Below are positions 19,305 through 28,857 of a stretch of 64,000 bases of DNA, in pieces. Under the pieces are notes generated by a model that was given only the letters and a program-made list of their open reading frames with translations, made no database searches and was not told where the DNA came from. A program made the position numbers and the translations under genes. This DNA comes from Rhodoluna sp. (GTDB taxonomy: Bacteria; Actinomycetota; Actinomycetes; Actinomycetales; Microbacteriaceae): positions 34,738 to 98,737 of the forward strand of contig JBIIME010000001.1 in NCBI GenBank assembly GCA_044338175.1, read 5' to 3'. How positions within the stretch are numbered: the stretch's first letter is position 1; every line of letters begins with the position of its first letter.

Positions 19305-19338
19305 AATAACCCCAGCTAATTGCCGGGGTTATTTTATT
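19300..19338. terminator. Bidirectional intrinsic terminator between convergent cta and qcr operons
   Basis: AATAAAATAACCCC ... GGGGTTATTTTATT inverted repeat with A/T tracts on both sides. Confidence 0.8.
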
Positions 19339-19341
19339 TGG

Positions 19342-20985
19342 CTATTTTGAAAGTTGCTCTTGCTTCGTCGCCTCAATAGCAGGGGAGTGATCGTGGGCTT
19401 GGGCCTGATCCAGCTCTGTTTGAGAAACCGGAGAGATGCGGTCCTCGAAGTAGATCCTCGATAGAGCAGATCTGATTCGGGTTCCAACTGTGATCTTGCC
19501 CTTTTCATTAGGTCTGACAATTGTTGGCTTGTAGTCCTTGAAGTCAACTAGTTTGTACATCTCGTACTTATCTAATGGTTCATGAACTTCGATGTACTCA
19601 CCATGTGGCAGACGCACGATGCGCCCAGTCTCTCTACCGTGAAGCACGATCTCGCGATCTTTACGCTGCAAGGACAAACAAGTTCTCTTGGTCACGATGT
19701 AGGCAAAGATTGGACCCACAATCAGCATGATCTGCATCGACACGAGCACTTGGTTCAAGGACATCTGGAAGAAGGTTGCGATCAAGTCTGTCGAAGCTGC
19801 TGCCCAGAGCACACCGTAGAAGGTAACTCCAGCAGCACCGATAGCTGTGCGGGTAGGAGCGTTTCTTGGGCGGTCTAGAACGTGGTGCTCGCGCTTGTCA
19901 GCGGTAACCCAAGCTTCGATGAACGGGTAGACAGCAACCAACCCTAGGAACACGAGGCTGCCTACTAGTGGAATTAGAACACCGAATGGATAGGTGTTGC
20001 CCAAGAATGCAATGTCTAAGTTACTTGGAGCCAGACGAAGTGCACCGTCTAGCCATCCGATGTACCAGTCAGGCTGGGTTCCTGCGGAAACAGGGGAGGG
20101 GTCATATGGACCATAGTTCCAAATTGGGTTGATTGTGAATGTTGCAGAGATTAGCATCACAACAGCAAACACGATGAAGAAGAATCCACCAGCTTTAGCT
20201 ACGTATACCGGCATCAACGGATAGCCGACGACGTTCTCATCGGTTCTGCCTGGTCCTGAGTAGTGAGTGTGCTTGTGAATAATTACCATGAACAAGTGAA
20301 TGGCGATAAAAATAAGAATCAATGCAGGAACCAAAAGGATGTGAAGGCCATAGAGCCTCGCGATAACTTCGGTACCTGGAAACTCGCCACCAAATAGACC
20401 GGCGGAAATGCTGGTGCCAATAACTGGAATTCCCTTGATCATTCCATCGATGATGCGAAGGCCGTTTCCAGACAATAGATCATCAGGCAATGAGTAACCA
20501 GTGAAACCAGCAGCCATTCCTAAGACGAAGAGCATGAAACCGACGACCCAGTTGATTTCGCGAGGTTTGCGGAAAGCACCGGTAAAGAAAACTCTGAGCA
20601 TGTGAAGCCCTGCGGCTGCAACAAACAAAAGAGCGGACCAGTGATGGACCTGACGCATTAGCATTCCACCGCGAATTTCGAATGAGATATCTAGTGAAGA
20701 CGCGTAAGCAATCGACATCTGCGCACCTTTAAGTGGCACATAGGAACCGTCATAGATTACCTCTGTCATGGCTGGCTGATAGAAGAAAGTGAGGAAGGTT
20801 CCAGAAATCAAAAGGATCACGAAGCTGTAAAGTGCTACCTCACCAAGCATGAAGGACCAGTGATCGGGGAACACCTTGCGACCAAAGTTCTTTAGAATTC
20901 CTCCAACACCTAGACGCTCGTCTAGGTAGTTAGCGGTAGAGGCAAGAGCGCCTTCCGGCTTCTTTTCAGTAACTGCGGTTGTCAT
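19342..20985 (-). CDS. qcrB: Cytochrome bcc complex cytochrome b subunit
   Basis: FPDHWSFMLGE, RQVHHWSA, GYSLPDDLLSG, AGTQPDWY; ATG at 20985 just past the qcrA stop. Confidence 0.95.
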   Translation of the reverse strand: MTTAVTEKKPEGALASTANYLDERLGVGGILKNFGRKVFPDHWSFMLGEVALYSFVILLISGTFLTFFYQPAMTEVIYDGSYVPLKGAQMSIAYASSLDISFEIRGGMLMRQVHHWSALLFVAAAGLHMLRVFFTGAFRKPREINWVVGFMLFVLGMAAGFTGYSLPDDLLSGNGLRIIDGMIKGIPVIGTSISAGLFGGEFPGTEVIARLYGLHILLVPALILIFIAIHLFMVIIHKHTHYSGPGRTDENVVGYPLMPVYVAKAGGFFFIVFAVVMLISATFTINPIWNYGPYDPSPVSAGTQPDWYIGWLDGALRLAPSNLDIAFLGNTYPFGVLIPLVGSLVFLGLVAVYPFIEAWVTADKREHHVLDRPRNAPTRTAIGAAGVTFYGVLWAAASTDLIATFFQMSLNQVLVSMQIMLIVGPIFAYIVTKRTCLSLQRKDREIVLHGRETGRIVRLPHGEYIEVHEPLDKYEMYKLVDFKDYKPTIVRPNEKGKITVGTRIRSALSRIYFEDRISPVSQTELDQAQAHDHSPAIEATKQEQLSK

Positions 20986-20987
20986 CC

Positions 20988-22031
20988 TTAACGCTCCCAA
21001 AAGCTAGGGCCGACTGGTTCTAGGAAATCGCTTTGCGCGATTAGGTAACCTTCAGCATCAACCGAAATCGGTAGTTGCGGAAGAGGACGTGCTGCTGGAC
21101 CAAATACCACCTTGCAGTGCTCGGTTACATCGAATGTTGATTGATGGCAAGGGCATAGCAGGTGGTGAGTGTGTTGCTCGTAAAGTGCAACCGGGCATCC
21201 AACGTGAGTGCAGATTTTTGAATAAGCAACGATACCGTCGTACGACCAGCTCTTTTTATCTTCATCTTCTTTTAGATCTTCTTGATTCAACCTCACCAGC
21301 AAAACAGCGGCCTTGGCTTTTTCTTCAAGTTTGTGCTCGTGCATCTCTGCAAGTCCTTCTGGTATAACGTGGAATACAGAGCCCAAAGTTACGTCTGAGG
21401 CCTTGATTGGAATACCAGTTGGATCCTTGGTTAGCCTGGTTCCTTTCTTCCACATTGTGTGCCGCAAGCTGTCACCAACGACGGGACCCAAGTCACCAAA
21501 CACAATCAACGCTGGCAGAGGGAAAAGAGCTAGCGCGCCATACATGGTCCTGCGAATAAGTTTCCTGCGAGAAAAACCAGATTCCTGATCGGCTAGCTTC
21601 ACAATCTCGACAGCAGCGGCGCGAACATCTTCGCTACCACGGGTTTGGTGACGAGCTTCAGAAACTTCGAAATCTGGCATCAGAGTCTTTGCCCAGTGCA
21701 CGGCACCAATTCCGATTCCCAGCAACGACAGAGTCATTCCAAGACCAAGCCACAAGTTGTTCGCGCGAACAGTTGAGAGGTCTTCTGTAATTGGGAATGC
21801 AACGTACGCCCACAGCGCAAAGAAGCTTCCAACTACTGAAAGCAAAAACAGAACTGCCACCTGACGCTCGGCGTTCTTGGCATGCTTGGGGGACTTGTCA
21901 GTCATTCGAACTCGGTGGGGCGCAAGACCAGGATCGCTGATTTTGTCTTGGGAAATTACCGCAAGACCGGATTCGAATTCATGCTCGAAGCCTTCAGCTT
22001 CTTTGCTTCGTTCTAAGTCCTTGCCAGCCAA
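20988..22031 (-). CDS. qcrA: Cytochrome bcc complex Rieske Fe-S subunit
   Basis: CTHVGC and CPCHQS Rieske motifs; three TM segments with an internal twin-arginine SRRKLI. Confidence 0.95.
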   Translation of the reverse strand: MAGKDLERSKEAEGFEHEFESGLAVISQDKISDPGLAPHRVRMTDKSPKHAKNAERQVAVLFLLSVVGSFFALWAYVAFPITEDLSTVRANNLWLGLGMTLSLLGIGIGAVHWAKTLMPDFEVSEARHQTRGSEDVRAAAVEIVKLADQESGFSRRKLIRRTMYGALALFPLPALIVFGDLGPVVGDSLRHTMWKKGTRLTKDPTGIPIKASDVTLGSVFHVIPEGLAEMHEHKLEEKAKAAVLLVRLNQEDLKEDEDKKSWSYDGIVAYSKICTHVGCPVALYEQHTHHLLCPCHQSTFDVTEHCKVVFGPAARPLPQLPISVDAEGYLIAQSDFLEPVGPSFWER

Positions 22032-22044
22032 CTAAGTTCTCCCT

Positions 22045-22839
22045 CTAATTCGATTTCGCTGCGAGCCATACGGTTATGGCAATGATTCCACCAAGACCGA
22101 AAATCCAAACAAACAATCCTTCAGCTACCGGTCCCAGGCTTGCAAGGGCATACCCACCAGCAGATTCATTTTCGTCGATGTAGGCGAGGTAGGTAATGAT
22201 GTCTTGTTTATCGGTAGGGGTCAAGTTTGAATCATTGAAAACCGGCATATTCTGAGGTCCAGTAACCATTGCTTCGTAGATGTGCTTGGCGGAAACTCCA
22301 TTTAGAACCGGTGCGTACTTACCCTCGGTTAGTGCACCTCCTGCGCCAACGGCGTTGTGACACATCGCGCAGTTGATTCGAAAGAGCTCTCCACCGTGAG
22401 CTGCATCTCCGGTTGCTTCAAGATACCTTGCTTCTGGAATTGCTGGACCAGGACCGAGCGACGCAACGTAGGCAGCCATTAGTTCAATTTGAGCTTCGGT
22501 GAACTGAACAGTCTTCTTTGGCAACTGAGGACCAGAACCTTGCCCTGGCATTCGACCAGAGCCAACTTGGAAATCAACCGACGCAGCACCAACACCGATA
22601 AGGCTTGGACCTGCATCTGTTCCCTCAGAGTTTAGGCCGTGGCAGCTGGCACAGTTGGATAAAAACAATCTCTTTCCTTCCGCGATTTGATCTGTGGTGT
22701 AGGGAAGAGCAACATTTGATTCAACAACATTAGTAGCAACGGCGTAGCCACCGCCGGAGAACAACAATCCAGCAGCGATAACGATGGTCGCTGCTAGGGG
22801 AGAGCGCCGTGAGCCATTAATTCTTTTTCTAAGTGACAT
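22045..22839 (-). CDS. qcrC: Cytochrome bcc complex diheme cytochrome c subunit
   Basis: Two CxxCH motifs (CASCH, CAMCH), C-terminal TM. Confidence 0.95.
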   Translation of the reverse strand: MSLRKRINGSRRSPLAATIVIAAGLLFSGGGYAVATNVVESNVALPYTTDQIAEGKRLFLSNCASCHGLNSEGTDAGPSLIGVGAASVDFQVGSGRMPGQGSGPQLPKKTVQFTEAQIELMAAYVASLGPGPAIPEARYLEATGDAAHGGELFRINCAMCHNAVGAGGALTEGKYAPVLNGVSAKHIYEAMVTGPQNMPVFNDSNLTPTDKQDIITYLAYIDENESAGGYALASLGPVAEGLFVWIFGLGGIIAITVWLAAKSN

Positions 22840-22851
22840 TAATTGCTTTCT

Positions 22852-23478
22852 TTATTTCAAAACGTAGATGATAAGGAAAAGGCCGATCCAAACAACATCA
22901 ACAAAGTGCCAGTAGTAAGAAACCACGATTGCGCTGGTGGCCTCTAAGTGTCCGTACTTTTTGGCGGCATATGTTTTTGCAATAACTAGCAAGAATGCAA
23001 TAAGACCACCAGTTACGTGTAGAGCGTGGAAACCTGTGGTGATATAGAAAGCGCTGCCGTATGAGTTTGAGCTGAGAGAGACACCCTCGGACACCAACAT
23101 GGCGTACTCATAAACCTGGCCAGCGACGAAGATAGCGCCCAGTACATAACTGAGGAAGAACCATTCAACTAGACCCCACTTGACAGGAGAGATGCCGGTA
23201 GCCCTTGGCTGGAGTCGCTCTGCTGCAAAGACACCAAACTGGGCAGTAAACGATGAGGCAACCAGAATCAAAGTGTTGATCAGGGCGAAGGTGACATCCA
23301 GAATCTGGGTGTCATTAGCCCAAATCGCCGGGGAATTAGCCCTGAGGCTGAAGTACATCGCGAACAAACCAGCGAAAAACATGACCTCGCTACCTAGCCA
23401 AACGATGGTTCCAACCGAGGTCGCGCTTGGGCGATTTATCACGATTGGGGCATTTTGGGTCATTTGAGCGGAGGTCAT
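22852..23478 (-). CDS. ctaE: Cytochrome c oxidase subunit III
   Basis: [32 protein letters not shown]; ATG 23478 lies 6 nt after TATCAT (leaderless). Confidence 0.93.
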   Translation of the reverse strand: MTSAQMTQNAPIVINRPSATSVGTIVWLGSEVMFFAGLFAMYFSLRANSPAIWANDTQILDVTFALINTLILVASSFTAQFGVFAAERLQPRATGISPVKWGLVEWFFLSYVLGAIFVAGQVYEYAMLVSEGVSLSSNSYGSAFYITTGFHALHVTGGLIAFLLVIAKTYAAKKYGHLEATSAIVVSYYWHFVDVVWIGLFLIIYVLK

Positions 23479-23559
23479 ACCAATATGATAACCCGAGAAT
23501 TCAGGCATGTAGGGCAATAAGAGACGTTAGCTCAAGCGTTTCGGTAATAAGCTGACCAG

Positions 23560-24621
23560 ATGCCATCGCAAACAAACTGGATTTCGATTCTTGATGACCT
23601 AAGCGCAAGGCGCGACCTAACTCGAAAACAGAGCTCTTGGGCGCTATCCGAGATAATGACTGGGACCGCCCCTGAGGCTGAGGTTTCCGATTTTCTAATT
23701 GAGCTCCGAGCCAAGGGCGAAACCGTTGATGAACTAGCAGGCTTAGTAGATACGATGCTTCAAAAGTGTTTACCGCTAGATACCGGCAACGATGCGGTTG
23801 ACATTGTTGGAACTGGCGGTGACATGATCGGGACCGTAAATATTTCAACGATGGCCTCCATCCTTGCTGCTGCAGCCGGAGTTCCAGTTTTGAAGCACGG
23901 GTCAAGATCAGCCTCGGGTAAAACAGGATCCTCTGAGATGCTGTCAGAACTCGGAATAAACCTCGAGTTATCGCCAGATCAGGTAGCTGAAGTTTTTAAA
24001 GAGACAGGTATAACCTTCTTTTTTGCGCTAGTTTTCCACCCTGCCATGAAGCACGTGGCTCCGATTCGAAAGAAGCTGGGGGTCCCAACAACCTTCAATT
24101 TCTTGGGCCCTCTAGCAAACCCCGCTCAACCCCTAGCAACGTCATTAGGGGTAGCAGATATGCAGATTGCCCCACTTCTGGCCCAAGAAATGGCCCAAAG
24201 AGGCCGATATGCCCTTGTTTCGAGAGGAAATGACGGTTTAGACGAGCTAACCACCACCACAAGCAGCCAAATATGGGAAGTTTCACCCAATTTGGTGACC
24301 AAATGGGAGCTAGATCCGGCAAGACTTGGCTTCAAAAGAGCAAATCTGGAGCAGCTACTCGGCGGCGATGCTGCTCACAACGCCAAGATTGCCAGGGATC
24401 TGCTTGCCGGTGATACCTCTGGGAACCTCGGAGTAATCCGAGACATCGTGATTCTGAACGCTGCGGGGGGAGTGGTGGCCTACCAGTCCGCCAAGAGCCC
24501 AACTCTTGTTGGCTCTGAGCTGTTATCTCGTTTTGAATCCGCTGTGCAGCTTGTCACAGTGGCTCTAGAGTCCGGACATGCGAATTCAAAGCTTGAACAA
24601 TGGGTGGAATCGTCTAAGTAG
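23560..24621 (+). CDS. trpD: Anthranilate phosphoribosyltransferase
   Basis: DIVGTGGD, NIST, KHGSRSASG, FHPAMK, FNFLGPL, GLDE; leaderless (TAAGCT 23548-23553, 6 nt, ATG). Confidence 0.95.
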   Translation: MPSQTNWISILDDLSARRDLTRKQSSWALSEIMTGTAPEAEVSDFLIELRAKGETVDELAGLVDTMLQKCLPLDTGNDAVDIVGTGGDMIGTVNISTMASILAAAAGVPVLKHGSRSASGKTGSSEMLSELGINLELSPDQVAEVFKETGITFFFALVFHPAMKHVAPIRKKLGVPTTFNFLGPLANPAQPLATSLGVADMQIAPLLAQEMAQRGRYALVSRGNDGLDELTTTTSSQIWEVSPNLVTKWELDPARLGFKRANLEQLLGGDAAHNAKIARDLLAGDTSGNLGVIRDIVILNAAGGVVAYQSAKSPTLVGSELLSRFESAVQLVTVALESGHANSKLEQWVESSK

Positions 24622-24662
24622 GAATCCAGGTGGGGATAGGTCCTAGTGGCCAGTATTTTGCA

Positions 24663-24690
24663 AGTTGACATAATGTACATTATCGGCAAT
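24663..24690 (-). other. dif site (XerC/XerD chromosome dimer resolution site)
   Basis: Minus strand ATTGCCGATAA-TGTACA-TTATGTCAACT: 11-6-11 architecture, XerD arm resembles TTATGTTAAAT; intergenic; coincides with the switch in dominant coding strand. Confidence 0.88.
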
Positions 24691-24767
24691 AGGTATCACA
24701 GCCAATCCAGCTCGCCCAACGAGCTACCCAAGGACTCGTGCTTCTCGCCCTTGGAACGCAAATAATG

Positions 24768-25370
24768 CTACCCCTTAGAGATCTTGAATAGCTTCAGAGA
24801 AAGTTGGACCAGATATCCGATTGTTAGAGCAAATATCAAAGTTCCCTCACGAACCTGGCCGCCCATAAGCCAGCCAATTGTCAGCACAGAGCCCTCAAAA
24901 GCCGTCCTGACGAGCCAGAATGGCTTGTCTAGAGCATTTGCTGCCCCTTGCATCAAACCGTCTCTAGGGCCAGATCCCAGGCTGGAACTGATGTATAGGC
25001 CGGTGGCTAAAGCCACCACAACTACACCAAGGACAAACATTCCAAGCTGCTGCCAATAGGCGGTCAGCTCAGGCAAGATTACAAGCCAAAAGTCGGCAAA
25101 AAGGCCAATAAAGAGCGCGTTGGCTAGCGTTCCAAAACCAGGTTTGACCTTGAGCGGGATCCAACACAGCAGCACAATGATGCTCACTATCACCGTGGAG
25201 ACGCCAAAGGTATATCCGGTTTGGATTGAAATTCCTTGAGCTAGTACATCCCACGGTGCGATCCCAATGCCAGCGTGTACGGTGAGGGCAACCCCCAACC
25301 CATAAACAAACAATCCTGCGAATAGAGTGATCAGCCTTAGCGGCAAGCTACGGTTAGTTTCATGGTGCAC
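24768..25370 (-). CDS. YczE/YyaS/YitT family membrane protein
   Basis: GIAPWDVLAQG, PGFGTLAN, LGSGPRDGLM, GTLIFALTIG repeat architecture. Confidence 0.85.
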   Translation of the reverse strand: MHHETNRSLPLRLITLFAGLFVYGLGVALTVHAGIGIAPWDVLAQGISIQTGYTFGVSTVIVSIIVLLCWIPLKVKPGFGTLANALFIGLFADFWLVILPELTAYWQQLGMFVLGVVVVALATGLYISSSLGSGPRDGLMQGAANALDKPFWLVRTAFEGSVLTIGWLMGGQVREGTLIFALTIGYLVQLSLKLFKISKG

Positions 25371-25372
25371 CT

Positions 25373-26149
25373 ATGAACCCTACTGGCTATCTCGGTGCTC
25401 TTCCTGACTCTAGACCACGTATTTTTGCCCACCGTGGTCTTACATACCAGGAAAGCAAACAGGTTGTTGACGAAAACACCATCGACTCTTTTGGGCTTGC
25501 TTTGGCTGCCGGAGCTGATTACCTGGAGACCGATCTACAGCTAACCAAAGACGGTGTTGCGGTGCTTTTTCACGACTCTGACCTTTCTCGCCTGGTGGGT
25601 TCCAAAAAACTCATTTCGACACTAAGTCTTGATGAGATCAAGCAAGTCAGACTCCCCTTTGGAGGCGAAATTCCAACTTTGCAAGAAGCACTGGAGAAAT
25701 TTCCTTCGGCAAAGTTCAATCTAGACTTCAAAACGCCTAGCACCGAGTCCCCCGGCATGGCGGTAATCGCTGCAACCGGAGCCTTTGAGCGTGTTCTAGT
25801 TTCAAGCTTTAGCGAGTCTTCAAGGATCCGGACCTTGGCAAACTCCCCCGTCAAATTAGCCTCGTCCGCTGGGAGTTCAAAGGTGCTTTCCACTTACACC
25901 CTCGCAAGGCTAGGTCTAAGAAAACAGCTTGCATCCTCACTTCAAGGTATTCATGCACTTCAGATTCCGACCAAAATGTATGGGATTGATTTCACGCACC
26001 CTCGTTTTGTGGAGGCTGTTTTAAACCAGGATAAAGAAATTCATTACTGGACCATAAACGACCCAGCTGAGATGCTTAGCCTCTTTGCACTCGGAGCACA
26101 TGGAATTGTCACCGACCGCAGCGACATCGCAATCAAGGTCTTTAGCTGA
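25373..26149 (+). CDS. Glycerophosphodiester phosphodiesterase family protein
   Basis: FAHRG, ENTIDSF, LETDLQLTKDG...FHD, WTIND, GIVTD. Confidence 0.9.
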   Translation: MNPTGYLGALPDSRPRIFAHRGLTYQESKQVVDENTIDSFGLALAAGADYLETDLQLTKDGVAVLFHDSDLSRLVGSKKLISTLSLDEIKQVRLPFGGEIPTLQEALEKFPSAKFNLDFKTPSTESPGMAVIAATGAFERVLVSSFSESSRIRTLANSPVKLASSAGSSKVLSTYTLARLGLRKQLASSLQGIHALQIPTKMYGIDFTHPRFVEAVLNQDKEIHYWTINDPAEMLSLFALGAHGIVTDRSDIAIKVFS

Positions 26150-26243
26150 CACTTTGCTGTTAAAGGACTCGCATAAGGATGATTAGGTTGCCAATCATTG
26201 TTGTGCCTCATAGAGCACAACTTTTGAAAACAAGGAGAACAAA

Positions 26244-26606
26244 GTGGCCCAGCAGACAATGCGCGGTATCAGAATCGGAAAGCAATCACTTGAGTCCGAG
26301 GTAGGAGTTAGCTACTCCCCCAGGACCAAGTATCAATTTCTTTGCCCAAATGGGCACTCCTCTGAGATTGTCTTCGCACAAGATGCTGAAATGCCAGAGA
26401 CCTGGCAGTGCAAGTCTTGCTCGGAGTTTGGAACTTTGCTAAAAAACGGTAAACCAATCACCCTGAGTATCACGGAGATCAAAACGCCAAAGTCTCACTG
26501 GGACATGCTGCTAGAGCGAAGGTCAAAAGTTGAACTTGAGCTCATCTTGAAAGAGCGACTTACTTTCATCAAAGCCCGAAGAAAAGCCGGCAAGGCTGAC
26601 ATTTAA
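26244..26606 (+). CDS. rbpA: RNA polymerase-binding protein RbpA
   Basis: MRGIRIG, CPNGH...FA.DAE.PETWQCKSC, KSHWDMLLERRS..ELE..L.ERL; canonical position beside ppm1-lnt. Confidence 0.93.
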   Translation: MAQQTMRGIRIGKQSLESEVGVSYSPRTKYQFLCPNGHSSEIVFAQDAEMPETWQCKSCSEFGTLLKNGKPITLSITEIKTPKSHWDMLLERRSKVELELILKERLTFIKARRKAGKADI

Positions 26607-27307
26607 CTAAAGATTCGCTTTATTCCCCACAACTTAATGTTCACGAGGGCCTCAAAAACTATGCCTAGCGTCATTTTTGATCGACCTTCAGCGCGTTCGA
26701 CAAATGTGATCGGAACTTCCTTCACAACACCAGCCCTAGAAGCTCGGTAGGCAAGCTCAACCTGAAACGAATACCCATGTGATGCCACCGGCGATGATAT
26801 CAATTCCTTTAAAAATCCCGATTGGTAGGCGCGAAATCCGGAGGTCATGTCGAGGATTTGCGTTCCGAGCATCAACCTTGCATACAAGTTTCCAAAACGA
26901 GACAGAAATAACCTTTGCACCGGCCAGTTCCTAACGCTCCCACCTTTTATCCAGCGAGAACCAATAACCAAATCGGAACTAGTTATTGCCGCCAGAATTC
27001 TCGAAAGATCATTGGCTTGGTGGGAGCCATCTGCGTCCATCTCAACAACAACGTGATAATCATTTGAGAATGCATATCGAAAGCCATCAACGTAAGCGGG
27101 ACCCAGCCCCTGTTTTTCAATTCTGTGAAGGACCGAAACACGTGGATGACGATTTGACAACTCATCAGCAATTAATGCGGTGCCATCTTGGGAGTTATCG
27201 TCAACTATCAGGATGTCAACGGTATCAACTTCGGATATCAAACCCTCGACTGTTGACGCAAGCGATTGCGCCTCGTTGTAGGTTGGCATCACAACCAGAG
27301 TTCTCAA
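26603..27307 (-). CDS. ppm1: Polyprenol monophosphomannose synthase (GT2)
   Basis: VMPTYNE, VDDNSQDGT, KQGLGPAY, EMDADGSH, ITFVERAEGRSKM; coupled to lnt. Confidence 0.88.
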   Translation of the reverse strand: MRTLVVMPTYNEAQSLASTVEGLISEVDTVDILIVDDNSQDGTALIADELSNRHPRVSVLHRIEKQGLGPAYVDGFRYAFSNDYHVVVEMDADGSHQANDLSRILAAITSSDLVIGSRWIKGGSVRNWPVQRLFLSRFGNLYARLMLGTQILDMTSGFRAYQSGFLKELISSPVASHGYSFQVELAYRASRAGVVKEVPITFVERAEGRSKMTLGIVFEALVNIKLWGIKRIFS

Positions 27308-28848
27308 GCTTGATTTCCTCGACGCTTACGCTGGCTACTAATGGCAACCACTAGAAGACAGAGCGCGGCTAAGTTCACGGTTGGATCAAAGTATGGCGAC
27401 ATTGCCATAGCTGGAGTTGTTGATGTCCTAAGGGGAACTTTCTCGACCATAACTCCAGGCTCAAAAATTGGCAACTCGCTCACGATTTCACCATTTGGAA
27501 GAAAGATTCTAGAAACGCCAACCGTTGAAATGTTGACCACGGTGCGGCCAGTTTCAATGGCTCGGAGCCTAGCAAGAGCGGCTTGCTGGAATGTTTCGTC
27601 ACTTCTTCCAAAGTCGGCATTATTGGTTTGCGAGAGGATGATTTGCGCTCCCCCAGCCACTAATTCTCGACCGATGTCATCGATTGCAACCTCAAAGCAG
27701 ATAAGAACCCCGAGCTTGTTTCCATCGAGCTCGAAGATGCCATCTCTTGTTCCGAAGGCGTAATCGCGTGAGACCAGACCAATTAGATCCGGTGCAAGCT
27801 GGTTCCAGAACTGCCTGTCTGGAACATACTCGGCAAATGGCACAGGTCGCTTTTTGTCGTACTGATCAATCTGAGAACCCGCGGCGTCGTAGTAAAGCGA
27901 GCTGTTGAAGACAGCTCCACCGGATTCGGTAATTGCTCCAAGAATTATGGGAACTTGATAGGTGGAAACAACTTCTTGAATTTGAATAAGAGAAATAGTA
28001 TTCGCCTGTGGGTTCAGATCCGACGCGTTCTCCGGCCAGACAATAAAATCAATCTCATCCTTCAACGGATGGTTGCCAAGCAGCCCAGTTGCCTCTAAAT
28101 GGTTTTTGAGAAAAGTGCCTCGTTCCGCGTTAGCGAACAATCCGGCGTTGGCATTTCCCTGCACCGCAGCTACGGTCAGCTCTCCGGATTCGGCACTGAT
28201 CGGTACGATAAACAACCAAGCAGTTGCGATTGCAAGCATGCTTGCGGCAAGACCCAGGAGGTTTCCCTTTATAGCCTTGAGCCCAGACTCAAGAGCCAAC
28301 AGTGTTGCTACCGTCATGAACACCGATACAAAAGTGAGCCCAGAGATACCAACAAAAAACGCCAATTGAGATAAAAAGCTCTCTGATAGAGCCTGTGCGA
28401 CTCGAGACCAAGGAAAACCACCGTAGGGAACATTGATGGCCACCCACTCCCTGGCAGTCCACATTGACGCAATAATGAGCGCTATCAAGAAGTTGCGATA
28501 GAAACTCTGCCTAAACCTTTGCGCCCAGCTCCAAACAATCGCGATAGCTCCAGAACCGGCAGCAAAAATTAGTGCTTCCATGACTGAAAGAGCAATCCAA
28601 GGAACTGGTCCAAGATACAGCGAGAGCCATTCAACCTGGCTCATGTAAAAAGCTAATCCTGCGAGAAATCCGATTCCAGTGGCAGACCAAAAGCGAAGGC
28701 CTCTTACCGAGACAAGGATCAAGGCTACCGACACAAAAATTAGCGGCCAGATGTCCTCTCGTGGCATCGCAAGTGAAGAAAGGAATCCTCCAACTACCGC
28801 TGTTGGAAGTCTCCAGGCCAAGCCACTAGATCGTTGCGAGATTTTCAT
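27304..28848 (-). CDS. lnt: Apolipoprotein N-acyltransferase
   Basis: GGFPW, VQGN, WPENAS, YDKKRPVPFAEYVP, ICFEV, TNNADF; leaderless (TAGGCT, 6 nt, ATG). Confidence 0.93.
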   Translation of the reverse strand: MKISQRSSGLAWRLPTAVVGGFLSSLAMPREDIWPLIFVSVALILVSVRGLRFWSATGIGFLAGLAFYMSQVEWLSLYLGPVPWIALSVMEALIFAAGSGAIAIVWSWAQRFRQSFYRNFLIALIIASMWTAREWVAINVPYGGFPWSRVAQALSESFLSQLAFFVGISGLTFVSVFMTVATLLALESGLKAIKGNLLGLAASMLAIATAWLFIVPISAESGELTVAAVQGNANAGLFANAERGTFLKNHLEATGLLGNHPLKDEIDFIVWPENASDLNPQANTISLIQIQEVVSTYQVPIILGAITESGGAVFNSSLYYDAAGSQIDQYDKKRPVPFAEYVPDRQFWNQLAPDLIGLVSRDYAFGTRDGIFELDGNKLGVLICFEVAIDDIGRELVAGGAQIILSQTNNADFGRSDETFQQAALARLRAIETGRTVVNISTVGVSRIFLPNGEIVSELPIFEPGVMVEKVPLRTSTTPAMAMSPYFDPTVNLAALCLLVVAISSQRKRRGNQA

Positions 28849-28857
28849 TGTTCTAGC

